The position numbers and the translations under genes are program-made. Below, piece after piece: positions 40,671 to 51,603 of a DNA stretch of 64,000 bases; the first letter of the stretch is position 1, and each line of letters starts with the position of its first letter. This stretch comes from an uncultured delta proteobacterium (GTDB lineage: Bacteria; Desulfobacterota; Zymogenia; Zymogenales; Zymogenaceae), in NCBI GenBank assembly GCA_963735595.1, contig CAVTLK010000002.1, positions 224,001 to 288,000 on the forward strand, written 5' to 3'. The notes under the pieces are model-generated. The model saw only the letters and a list, made by a program, of their open reading frames with translations. It did no database searches and was not told the DNA's origin.

Positions 40671-41213
40671 TTACGCGGCTACCATTCGCATATCCCGCTT
40701 GAGCGACTCCATGCGGACAAGGCCGCGCTCCCGCGTCTTTCTGACCCCGCCGTCCATCTTCTTCAATTCCCTGAGGAGCTGGGTGTCGCGCTGGTCGTGG
40801 CCGACGATCCACCGATGGAGGAGGTCGGCTTCGAGCGTAAGATGTTGCCTGAGGATATAAATGTATTGCGTGGCATAGCGGGAAAAGACCGCCCGCGCCC
40901 CCTGGTAGCCGAGGTCATAGGCCTCGATGACCTTGAGGAGAAACCGCTCGTGTTTTCTCAGGCTGGCGTGGATGTCTTCGCACTCCTGCGAGAGCGCTTC
41001 CACGTTGCGGCTTCCCAATAACGACAGGATGAATTCTTCCCGCATCATGTGGGATACGCCGATATAGATCTGGAGCAGCTCGATTATCTCCTTGAGCATA
41101 TAGGGCGGAACGTCCTTGTTTTGTTCCATCCGCCGGGCGGAATGATCGAGCATCTCAAGCAGGGACTCTATGATCCGTTCTTCTTTCTTTACGTATTCAA
41201 CCGATTTCATCAT
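40671..41213 (-). CDS. Hemerythrin-like domain protein (possibly degenerate metal site)
   Basis: GGAGG RBS before ATG 41213; HMMREE.IL, H, QH...E helical pattern. Confidence 0.65.
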   Translation of the reverse strand: MMKSVEYVKKEERIIESLLEMLDHSARRMEQNKDVPPYMLKEIIELLQIYIGVSHMMREEFILSLLGSRNVEALSQECEDIHASLRKHERFLLKVIEAYDLGYQGARAVFSRYATQYIYILRQHLTLEADLLHRWIVGHDQRDTQLLRELKKMDGGVRKTRERGLVRMESLKRDMRMVAA

Positions 41214-41368
41214 ACCCACCTCCACTATATCGTTTAGCCGTGGGTTTTTCGCCCGAGCATCATCAAAGAGAGCCATTTGTAATTAAAATGATCATGAAAA
41301 GCTCAATGTCAAGGTGTCATAGACCATTCTCTTTGATTATATTTATAAACGGTTCCCCGCCCTATTTG

Positions 41369-41477
41369 TGTGATGCGGATAACACACCAATCCCTTTCCT
41401 GCTACTTTAGATGACGGTTATCACGTTTTGTTCCGAATATAAACGATAAAAAAGATATTACTGTGAGATTAGTCACA
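41369..41477. promoter_or_regulatory. Three CRP/FNR- or Rex-type sites
   Basis: TGTGA-N6-TAACA (41369), GATGA-N6-TCACG (41410), perfect TGTGA-N6-TCACA (41462). Confidence 0.6.
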
Positions 41478-41551
41478 TTTTAGTGTATTAGGGAATATTC
41501 TTGTCTGACAACCGGGACGTTTTCTTGACCGGTTATCCGGGCCGGATTGTC

Positions 41552-41580
41552 TTGCATCGGCAGGCCAAATCCATTACAAT
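41552..41580 (+). promoter_or_regulatory. Candidate sigma70 promoter of selB
   Basis: TTGCAT-N17-TACAAT. Confidence 0.5.
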
Positions 41581-41657
41581 GGCCTCGTTTTCGCCGGCTG
41601 ATCCGGCGGCGGCATAGGCCGCCGCCGAAGGGGCACCGCCGTTTTTTAGGAAGTAGC

Positions 41658-43574
<1,917 letters not shown>

Positions 43575-43778
43575 CCCTATTAGTTTATTAGGCTATTGGA
43601 CTGCGGGACGCAGCGGGGCCGGTGCGCCGCGGGCGGTTGTTGCACGTGAGGCACGGTGTTGCGGCCGCGCCGCCCGACCATGCGGACCCGGGCCTTTATT
43701 CATTCCTGATATTTTTCCCTTGAATTGTCGATAAAAATCCGCTATAAAGCAAAAACTGGGGAGTAATGCAGTATTATC

Positions 43779-43807
43779 GGTGCTATTGGTGCTATTGGTG
43801 CTATTGG
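43779..43807. repeat. 9-bp tandem repeat (GGTGCTATT)x3
   Basis: Read directly; lies just upstream of the RBS of 43818. Confidence 0.85.
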
Positions 43808-43817
43808 GGGAGGGGAG

Positions 43818-44459
43818 ATGAGAATCACCTGTCCGTCATGTCATTACGAGACGACGATCAGCTCGGAGGTAATCCCCGCGGAGGGCAAGTCCGTTACCTG
43901 TCCCGAGTGTAAGGAGCGCTTCCACGTCGCACGGCCGAAGCAGCCCGTTTCGGCGCGGAAAAGGCTGATCCGGCGGCTCGTTGTTGCGGGGGTTGCTCTG
44001 GCGCTCGTCGCGGGGTCTTCGTTCACATACTATAAGATCACGACTTCCAAGAGCGAAGAAGATATCAAGAACGAGTTCCTGCAGGTCATCAAGAAGCACA
44101 TCGACAGCGACCGGGACAAGGAAGACTATACCCTCACCTATGAGACCGAAAAGACGCTCAAGAAAAACGCGGCGGGCGTCATGGTTGCCGGAAAGCCGGA
44201 CGGCTGGTGTAAGTATATCGAAAAGGATAACCTCCAGTACGAGTTTAACATTTTCAAGTCCGATTCGATCATTGCCCCCTATACGGGCACCTATTCCTAC
44301 AACATCGTGCGGTACGTCACGCCTCCGTGTCCGTCAAAGGAGGCGGCCTTCAAGTCCGACGATTACACCTACCTCAAGACGGTCAAACATGTCCTCAACT
44401 ACGAGTATCAAAGCGGCCATTGGATTCTTACGTCGGACGATTGGGAACAGACGAAGTAG
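43818..44459 (+). CDS. MJ0042-type zinc-ribbon, single-TM protein
   Basis: MRITCPSC...VTCPEC...F, then a TM helix and a periplasmic domain. Confidence 0.8.
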   Translation: MRITCPSCHYETTISSEVIPAEGKSVTCPECKERFHVARPKQPVSARKRLIRRLVVAGVALALVAGSSFTYYKITTSKSEEDIKNEFLQVIKKHIDSDRDKEDYTLTYETEKTLKKNAAGVMVAGKPDGWCKYIEKDNLQYEFNIFKSDSIIAPYTGTYSYNIVRYVTPPCPSKEAAFKSDDYTYLKTVKHVLNYEYQSGHWILTSDDWEQTK

Positions 44460-44538
44460 GGGAGTGTTAGAGGCCATCGGCGATTAGGGCTCGATATCTC
44501 GTGCCGCTCGCGAGTAATTGGGAGTCTCGTGATAGAAC

Positions 44539-44748
44539 CCGTAGGGGCGGCTATTCCAAACACGGTCGCCTTTGGCGACTATTATAGGTTGTCATTGCGA
44601 GGGCCCGAAGGGCCCGTGGCAATCTCGCCGCCTGTTCTTTTTTACACGGGTTGCGGGTCGCTGATTGCCACGCCCCCTAAAGGGGGCTCGCAATGACAAT
44701 AATAATCGTCGCCAAAGGCGACGCTGTTAAGAATAGCGACCCCTACGG
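44539..44748. repeat. Nested palindromic element (GTAG-REP shell around a GTCATTGCGAG-family repeat)
   Basis: Outer CCGTAGGGGCGGCTATTC/GAATAGCGACCCCTACGG; middle GTCGCCTTTGGCGAC/GTCGCCAAAGGCGAC; inner 44589-44699. Confidence 0.85.
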
Positions 44749-44846
44749 CTTCAAAGACGTAACATCAACATAGCGGCGATGTTATCCCCCTCCAAACGCC
44801 CCCGGCCGCCAGTCACGATATCCGTTAACCGTCCCCATCTTTTTTC

Positions 44847-44894
44847 TTGACACCCGTTGTTTTCCGCCGTAAGATTGACAATGTAACAATGTCA
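44847..44894 (+). promoter_or_regulatory. sigma70 promoter with adjacent operator-like repeat
   Basis: TTGACA-N17-TAAGAT followed by TGACAATGTAACAATGTCA. Confidence 0.65.
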
Positions 44895-44907
44895 TCAATG
44901 GAGGGCC

Positions 44908-45300
44908 ATGATGGAAAAGCAGGGAATCCCCGGCACCGAGGTTGCAAAGATGCTGGGCGTCAACTACCGCAGCCTCATGCGGCTGCAGGAGCAGCGGCTC
45001 ATCGACGTGGGCGGGGGCGGGCAGCACGGCAAGTCCACCTTCTGGACGCCGAAGAACATCCAGGAGGCCTCCGTGATCTTCAACCTGCGGGCGGCGCGGG
45101 TGAGCCTGCAGAAGATCCGGGAGACGATGGATTGGCTGCGCGACCAGGGGCACAACCCCTTTTCGACGGGCGAGTTCGTGGTCATTACGGGCAAGGGCGG
45201 CCAACCCAGGGATATCATCAAGTTCGTGGATAAAGATACGGCCTTTTCGATCATGGGGAGCACCAAGGGGCAGCTGGTGTTCCCGATCTGGCGGCCGTGA
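44908..45300 (+). CDS. MerR-like helix-turn-helix protein
   Basis: EVAKMLGVNYRSL....Q.LI...W.....LR...VSLQKIR pattern. Confidence 0.7.
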   Translation: MMEKQGIPGTEVAKMLGVNYRSLMRLQEQRLIDVGGGGQHGKSTFWTPKNIQEASVIFNLRAARVSLQKIRETMDWLRDQGHNPFSTGEFVVITGKGGQPRDIIKFVDKDTAFSIMGSTKGQLVFPIWRP

Positions 45301-45418
45301 GGAAAAGACGGGGGGGAACCGGGGGCGGGCGGTACGCGATTGAGGCCGTGTCTGCCGCGGATGCCCGCAAGGCCGGAACGCACTCTTTTTATCCACCGTT
45401 TCGAGAGAGGTGTCGGTC

Positions 45419-45628
45419 ATGACACAAAACATGATCCTTATTATGGAATGTCCGGATTGTATCGAGAAAACCGGGTTTAGCACGGAAAAACCCAAACGAG
45501 GAGACGCATTCTTTTGCCCCAACTGCGGGGAGATGTTCGTTGTAAGGGCAAAATGGCTCAACGAGCTCAACGGCATCATGGAGGAAATCCACGACTCGAT
45601 CGACCGGTTCGTGGTAGGGCAGGAATAG
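45419..45628 (+). CDS. Small zinc-finger protein
   Basis: GAGGTG RBS; ECPDC...FCPNCG. Confidence 0.6.
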   Translation: MTQNMILIMECPDCIEKTGFSTEKPKRGDAFFCPNCGEMFVVRAKWLNELNGIMEEIHDSIDRFVVGQE

Positions 45629-45775
45629 CGTGCGGCGGCCTCGTATAACCCGCGGTGTTACCGGCTATTCGGCAGCGAGACACGGGCCTGTTTGAACGAC
45701 CGTACCGGCCCCGGATTCTCGCTGCGTTTACGGTCCCCTTGATTCCGTATCATTAATCAGAGGAGCGTCAACACC

Positions 45776-47176
45776 ATGTTTTCACGCGAATGGTTCTTTT
45801 ACGTGTTCGGCAGATGGGTAGTCATATCGGGGATCGCCGGGGCGATCGTCCAGTATTTCTTTTCCGACCTGCTGGGGATACACACCATCCCGGCTTTTCT
45901 CTTAAACCAGTTCTGCCTTGCCTGCGTCTTCTGGTACGTGGATAAGCTCATCTTCAAGCGGCACTTCAAAAAGGGGCTGCTGGACTTCTTCCGCTTCCCG
46001 AGGATAAAGACCGCCTACGGGCTTACCGAGCAGTTCGACAAGGTGAATCAGGAATTTTTGGGCCTCAGGGCGAAGATCAAGGGAAACGAGGAGCGGCCGG
46101 AACAGTGGCTCAACGAGTTCGTCGACTTCGAGCACTCGGTCGAGATGATGGAGAGACTCCTGCGCGAGCGCAACATCGACGTGGACCGGGAGTACGAGAA
46201 GGTCAGGATCGAGAACCTCCAGAGGGGATACTATATCGCCGAGGCCGCCAAAACGGACAGGAAACGGCCCGAATCGGCCTTTCTCGATACCCTGCGCGGG
46301 GAGGTGCTGCTTTCCGACGGCGCAATGGGGACCTATTTACGGACCAAGGTCCGCGGAAGTGTTGATTGCCCCGAATCCCTCAACCTCACCAATCCCGACA
46401 CGGTCAGGAAGGTTCACACCGAGTATATCCAGGCCGGGGCGCGGATAATCGAGACCAATACCTTTGCGGCAAACCGCTTTCAGCTGACCAGGCACGGGAT
46501 GGCCAAAAAGGTATGGGAGATAAACCTGGCCGGCGCCCGGATCGCCCGGGAGGCCGCCGGGCAGGCCGCGTCGACCGCGTCTCAGGTCTTCGTGGCGGGC
46601 GCGGTAGGCGGCCTGGGGGAAAAGATCAGCCCCTACGGCAAACTCTCGCTCGTCGAGGCGCACGCCGCGTTCCACGAGCAGATCCAGGCGCTGGTCGACG
46701 GCGGCGTCGACCTCATCATGCTGGAGACCATGGCGAGCTTTTTGGAGGCAAAGGAGGCGGTGCTCGTCTGCAAGGAGACGACCGATATACCGATCGTCTG
46801 CCAGCTGACGTTCACCGAGCAGGGCACAACGGTGTATGGGGATAAGCTTGCCGGGGCGTTCGAAGAGCTCGTAAAGCTCGGGGCAGACGTGGTCGGGCTG
46901 AACTGCGTGCTCGGCCCGCACAAGATGATCGAGCTGCTGGGTTCGCTGCCGCCTTCGTTTACCGGGATGATATCGGTGCAGCCCAACGCCGGGACCCCGC
47001 GGTACAAGGACGGCTCCCGCGAAACCTCGCAGAGCCCGGACTACTTCAAACGAAGCGCCAAGCAGCTGAAGGAGCTGGGAGTCAATATCATCGGGGGGTG
47101 CTGCGGGACGACCCCGGAGCATATCAGGAAGATGGCCGAAGTGGTGAAGGGAGAGCCGGGGAAGAGGAAGGGATAA
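45776..47176 (+). CDS. Homocysteine S-methyltransferase domain protein with N-terminal membrane and helical extension
   Basis: DGAMGT, AGARIIETNTF, GLNC, QPNAG, IIGGCCGTTPEHI; preceded by about 165 extra residues. Confidence 0.88.
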   Translation: MFSREWFFYVFGRWVVISGIAGAIVQYFFSDLLGIHTIPAFLLNQFCLACVFWYVDKLIFKRHFKKGLLDFFRFPRIKTAYGLTEQFDKVNQEFLGLRAKIKGNEERPEQWLNEFVDFEHSVEMMERLLRERNIDVDREYEKVRIENLQRGYYIAEAAKTDRKRPESAFLDTLRGEVLLSDGAMGTYLRTKVRGSVDCPESLNLTNPDTVRKVHTEYIQAGARIIETNTFAANRFQLTRHGMAKKVWEINLAGARIAREAAGQAASTASQVFVAGAVGGLGEKISPYGKLSLVEAHAAFHEQIQALVDGGVDLIMLETMASFLEAKEAVLVCKETTDIPIVCQLTFTEQGTTVYGDKLAGAFEELVKLGADVVGLNCVLGPHKMIELLGSLPPSFTGMISVQPNAGTPRYKDGSRETSQSPDYFKRSAKQLKELGVNIIGGCCGTTPEHIRKMAEVVKGEPGKRKG

Positions 47177-47262
47177 GAGAGCTCCGAGGAGTGGGGTGTC
47201 GAGGAACACCGTACTCTAAGAGACTGGTATAGTTCATAGTATTTAATGGTGGTTAGATTCAA

Positions 47263-48090
47263 ATGGAAGATGATGGTCTCATTATAGAAGAAGTAGGGCC
47301 GTGGTCTACCGAGAAGTACAGCCTAATAGGAAATTACGCTGCAATATTTGCTACTGGGATGAAAAGAAAGTGGGATTGTCGAGTATATCTTGATCTGTTT
47401 TCTGGACCGGGCCTGGCAAGAAATCGTGATACTTCAAAGCTAGTAGCGGCCTCACCTCTCCGAGCACTAGGTATAAGAGACAAGTTTGATCGATACATAT
47501 TTTGTGAATCAAACGTAGAAAAGATGGATGCTCTGGGAAGGAGGGTCGAGAGATTATTCCCTGAAATTGACGTACGATATATCCCCGGAGACGTTAATAG
47601 CTGTGTCGAGAAAATAGTAGTCTCGGTGCCAAAAGGTTCGAGCGACTATAAAGTACTCACATTTTGTTTAGTAGATCCTTATAGTCTGGAAAACCTCGCT
47701 TTTGACACGATAAAACAGATTTCAAACTTATACGTTGACTTTCTGGTACTGATACCGTCATATATGGATGCCAATAGGAATGTTGAAACCTATTTATCAA
47801 GTGGGAATGCTATTGTTGATCGTTTCCTAGGGATCTCATCTTGGCGCAACGATTGGAAAGAAATCGACCAGAGGAGATGGACTTTCGGTTTCTTCATCTT
47901 GAACCAGTTCGCCTCTAGCATGGAAGTTCTAGGTTTTAAGATGTGTGACAAGGAAGATATACATCTTGCTCGAAATAAACGTAATGCGCCCCTTTATCAT
48001 CTAGCTTTCTTTTGCCGTCATGAACGGGGGCTTGATTTCTTTAAGAAAGCCAAGAAAGCGAGTTCTTCTCAACATACCTTTTCATTTTAG
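47263..48090 (+). CDS. Three-Cys-motif partner protein TcmP (methyltransferase-like fold)
   Basis: VGPWS.EK...Y, YLDLFSGPG, SPL.AL, DPY, PLYHL.F; paired with DUF5131. Confidence 0.8.
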   Translation: MEDDGLIIEEVGPWSTEKYSLIGNYAAIFATGMKRKWDCRVYLDLFSGPGLARNRDTSKLVAASPLRALGIRDKFDRYIFCESNVEKMDALGRRVERLFPEIDVRYIPGDVNSCVEKIVVSVPKGSSDYKVLTFCLVDPYSLENLAFDTIKQISNLYVDFLVLIPSYMDANRNVETYLSSGNAIVDRFLGISSWRNDWKEIDQRRWTFGFFILNQFASSMEVLGFKMCDKEDIHLARNKRNAPLYHLAFFCRHERGLDFFKKAKKASSSQHTFSF

Positions 48091-48113
48091 ATATAGGTAA
48101 TAAGGTCGGTAAG

Positions 48114-48851
48114 ATGGCACAAATTTCTAAAATAGAATGGACCGATTCCACGTGGAATCCGCTAACTGGTTGCACAAAGATTAGCATAGGCTGTAAGAAC
48201 TGTTACGCAGAAAGACTCTCTATACGCCTCCAGGCGATTGGGAATCCGAGCTACGCTAATGGATTTAGATTAACATTGCACGAGGATTTACTCGAAGCAC
48301 CACTTAAGTGGAGGAAACCAAGAAATATTTTCGTTAATTCGATGAGCGACTTGTTCCATGAGGCCGTACCGGAAGAATTCATATTAGAAGTCTTTAGAGT
48401 GATGAAGGAATCCTTTTGGCATAGGTTTCAACTACTCACAAAGAGATCCGAGAGATTGGTAGTAATGGGAAATGAAATAGAATGGCCCCCGAATGTGTGG
48501 ATGGGTGTTACTGTGGAAAGCCCAGAGTATAAATTCCGTATAGATGATCTCCGAAAGACGCAAGCTAAGATTAAGTTCATTTCTTTCGAACCTCTCTTAG
48601 ATGCAATCTCAAATCTGGAACTAGATGGGATTAGTTGGGCGATAGTAGGCGGTGAGTCTGGACCAGGGGCAAGGGGAATGAAGCCTGAATGGGTTACAGA
48701 AATCAGAGATGTGTGCGCACGTGACAGAGTACCTTTCTTTTTCAAGCAATGGGGTGGTGTCAATAAGAAGAAGAATGGTAGGTCCCTTGAAGGTAGGACT
48801 TGGGATGAGATGCCCCCTACTAACTCTATCCTTTCCGATAATCCGCAGTGA
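48114..48851 (+). CDS. DUF5131 / phage Gp37-Gp68 family protein
   Basis: IEWTDSTWNPLTGCTKISIGCKNCYAE, FVNSMSDLFH, LTKR, GGESG, FFFKQWGG. Confidence 0.93.
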   Translation: MAQISKIEWTDSTWNPLTGCTKISIGCKNCYAERLSIRLQAIGNPSYANGFRLTLHEDLLEAPLKWRKPRNIFVNSMSDLFHEAVPEEFILEVFRVMKESFWHRFQLLTKRSERLVVMGNEIEWPPNVWMGVTVESPEYKFRIDDLRKTQAKIKFISFEPLLDAISNLELDGISWAIVGGESGPGARGMKPEWVTEIRDVCARDRVPFFFKQWGGVNKKKNGRSLEGRTWDEMPPTNSILSDNPQ

Positions 48852-48896
48852 TAGGGTTTGTAGGTGCGCAGTGCTCTCCCCCGGCGCGGGCAACCT

Positions 48897-48956
48897 GGTT
48901 GCCGCGCCGCCATTCGGCGGCTCGCAATGACAATAATAATCGTCGCCAGGGGCGAC
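48897..48956. repeat. Half copy of the GTCATTGCGAG-family repeat with the same flank as at 44687-44722
   Basis: CTCGCAATGACAATAATAATCGTCGCCA..GGCGAC shared with 44687-44722. Confidence 0.75.
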
Positions 48957-49141
48957 ATTATTACACGTTGCCCGTGGCACCCCTCCCGCTTCCGCCCGTC
49001 TTCACCGTCATCCAAGAGGGAGCGACGGCGACCGCGGCAATCCCCCGATATTCATTATCTTCCACCCAATCAAACTGCACGACAAAGGGCGACCATCCGG
49101 TCGCCCTTTGTTTTTCGCACTACTCTGTCTGATGAACCTGC

Positions 49142-51064
49142 CTACACTGTCGGGTACAGCGTCCGCATCCTTGCCTTCATTGCCGGGCTCAATTGTTTGA
49201 AAAGCTCTGCATTGTACGAATAGATATTCGTGTCGATCCCCTCGTTGGTTATAGCGATAGACGGATCGACAACATTCGGATAGCCCGCGACAGTTGGATC
49301 TGAACCTTTGAAATTAGGATTCAGGGGGTTCATAGCTATCTGCTGCGCCGCAACGGCGTATTTGCGAGAGGTCCAGGCGGGAGTGCCCTCGCGGACTGCC
49401 GGATCGACGTTTGTGGTAACGATTGAAACGGTATAGTCGCTGTTGAGGTTGATCTCAAACGTTCGCAGCTGCTGCGGGAAATCATGCAGCGATGACGTTT
49501 CAACGTGCCAGAAGCCCCGCTCGGGCCTGGCGGCATCGTCCGTTACAAACGCCTTAACGGTATTGACATGGCGGTGGCCCGCGATCCACATGAGGAGATT
49601 CGGATGGTTGTGCAGCTCGGCAAGCAGGCCCTTCAGGTCGACGGCATTCTGCATACCGGAAGGATTGGCGGAATTATCGAACCAATCCATGTAGTTATCA
49701 CGTCCGGAAAGAGCGGCGGGAGGCATGACGCCTATCGGGACGTGGCAGGCGATGATCATGAGCTGATCGGCGGCGTCACCGGCGGCAAGCTCATTCTTGA
49801 GCCAGGCCCAGCGTGCCTGGTCCAGAAAGCCGCGTCCATGGATGCTCGCAACGCCGTCGTCGTCCCTCTGGGTATCGTCCAGGACAATAACCTTGATCGG
49901 TATATTTGATTTCGGCACGAAGCTATAGCAGAGAAAATCATCGTCCTGGTCAGCGGGGACCAGGCCAAAGCCGTGCCCTGCCGGACCCTTCGACGTGTTG
50001 AAAAACTCCTGCCTCCATTCTGCCTTGGAAAGCGACCGCCGGTCCTTGTCGGGGACGACCTTGGGCGGACTGGTGAAGCCGGGGGCGCCGACCATGCCGG
50101 CTTTTATAATCTTTCCGGTCGGGGTGGAGCCGTCAATGACGCCCATATAGTAGAGGGGAGGCTTTTTGCTGTATATGTTGGAGGCTTCGGCCAGGAGATC
50201 TCCCATGGCGATGACTTCGTCGCTGGTGGAGGACTTTTTAAGGCCGCCGGCCTCCACCGGGATTGAACCCAGCCAGAAATGGTCGTGGTTGCCGACGGCC
50301 TGATACCAGGGGATCGACGGATCGAGCCCGGCAGCCTTATAGGGTTTCTGATAGTCTATAGTGTCGGCCCCCACACGGGCTCCGGAACAGGGGGTAATGA
50401 CGTTGCCGTCAAGGACATCGATATACCACCGCAGCTCGTTGTACTGGGTGCTGTTGCAGGCGTCCCCCAGTGAAATACCGAAATCGATCGGGTCAATTTT
50501 GTGAAGGGCGTTTACCGTCTGGATTGCCGAATCGAGCACATGGGTTGTGTAGAGCATGGTCGGCGAATATACCGAAGTGACGGTCGCCTCAAAACCGTAT
50601 TTGTTCAATTGCTGCATATAGATAAGCTGGGAGGGGGATTCCTTGTCAGTGATATGGATATCGCTTATGGTAAAGAACTTCAAAAACTTCACGGGTTTAT
50701 TGGCCGAAGGAAAAGTATAACCGGCCGCCATGATGTCTTTGCGCGGTACAGAAGCAAGCGGGCCGCCGTCCTCCCATACGCCATAGCCTTTCAGGTCAAA
50801 TTCTAAAATATTCTGAAGATCTTTAGGAGCAATCGTCCCCGAAAATTTCTGAGTGAGCTTAACCGTTTTCTGGAGGGTCGTATAGACGGCTGAGTCAATC
50901 GGGTAGCCGGAGACCAGCGTATCTCCGCCGCTGCCGTATGCAACACTGAACGTGCCTAAGGAGATAAATACGGCTGTTCCGGCTGAATACTTGATGAATT
51001 CCCGCCGCGTTACAATGCTGCTGATTTCTGCATTGCGGCTCTTTGCTGGATCGTCTTTAGACAT
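49142..51064 (-). CDS. Tat-exported metallophosphoesterase (TIGR03768-like)
   Basis: TRREFIK Tat motif; SDIHITDKESP, LGD, GNHDH, AGHRH. Confidence 0.85.
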   Translation of the reverse strand: MSKDDPAKSRNAEISSIVTRREFIKYSAGTAVFISLGTFSVAYGSGGDTLVSGYPIDSAVYTTLQKTVKLTQKFSGTIAPKDLQNILEFDLKGYGVWEDGGPLASVPRKDIMAAGYTFPSANKPVKFLKFFTISDIHITDKESPSQLIYMQQLNKYGFEATVTSVYSPTMLYTTHVLDSAIQTVNALHKIDPIDFGISLGDACNSTQYNELRWYIDVLDGNVITPCSGARVGADTIDYQKPYKAAGLDPSIPWYQAVGNHDHFWLGSIPVEAGGLKKSSTSDEVIAMGDLLAEASNIYSKKPPLYYMGVIDGSTPTGKIIKAGMVGAPGFTSPPKVVPDKDRRSLSKAEWRQEFFNTSKGPAGHGFGLVPADQDDDFLCYSFVPKSNIPIKVIVLDDTQRDDDGVASIHGRGFLDQARWAWLKNELAAGDAADQLMIIACHVPIGVMPPAALSGRDNYMDWFDNSANPSGMQNAVDLKGLLAELHNHPNLLMWIAGHRHVNTVKAFVTDDAARPERGFWHVETSSLHDFPQQLRTFEINLNSDYTVSIVTTNVDPAVREGTPAWTSRKYAVAAQQIAMNPLNPNFKGSDPTVAGYPNVVDPSIAITNEGIDTNIYSYNAELFKQLSPAMKARMRTLYPTV

Positions 51065-51284
51065 ATTCTTCTCCTCTTGTTTTGACTTCCAAAGCAAATC
51101 ATTGCCAGATACGAAAACCGTGCAGTAATGCTTTCCTGATACCCTAATAATACCATGAAAAAAGGGATATTTCTTTTCTGCAAATTAAAATATGTATAAA
51201 TTTATTTTAATGTAATTTGACACGGTTGGAGGGATCTCGCCAGGGTTTGACACTTCTCCGATTATATATAGAACCATCTCCGAT

Positions 51285-51405
51285 TCATATCGCCCCTGGA
51301 AACCCCGGAATCCCTTTCTTTTCGTTCCCCTCGCCGCAGGCGCAGGCGAGGTTGCAGGGCGTGCACTCCATGAAGCCCCGCTCTCGTCGCCCTCCTGATG
51401 AACCG
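51285..51405 (-). pseudogene. Orphan duplicate of the 3' end of the QueG-like gene at 53641
   Basis: Translates ..ERGFMECTPCNLACACGEGNEKKGIPGFPGAI* versus ERGFMECTLCNIACPYGEGNEIKGMPGVAGAI*; about 80% nt identity by manual alignment. Confidence 0.85.
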
Positions 51406-51603
51406 ATAGCAGGGAAGGGATCGCATCTTTTGGTTCGAGTTTAGACCTATCATACTTTTTACAGTTACGAAAATATATCCGCTCCGGCTCAAGCATGGAT
51501 AATAGGTATTGACCGACGGCCTTTATTATAGTATAAGCTACTATTCTATTGTTGACTAATGTTCCGTTACCGGGAAAGCAAGCCCACTTTGGAGGAGATC
51601 ACA

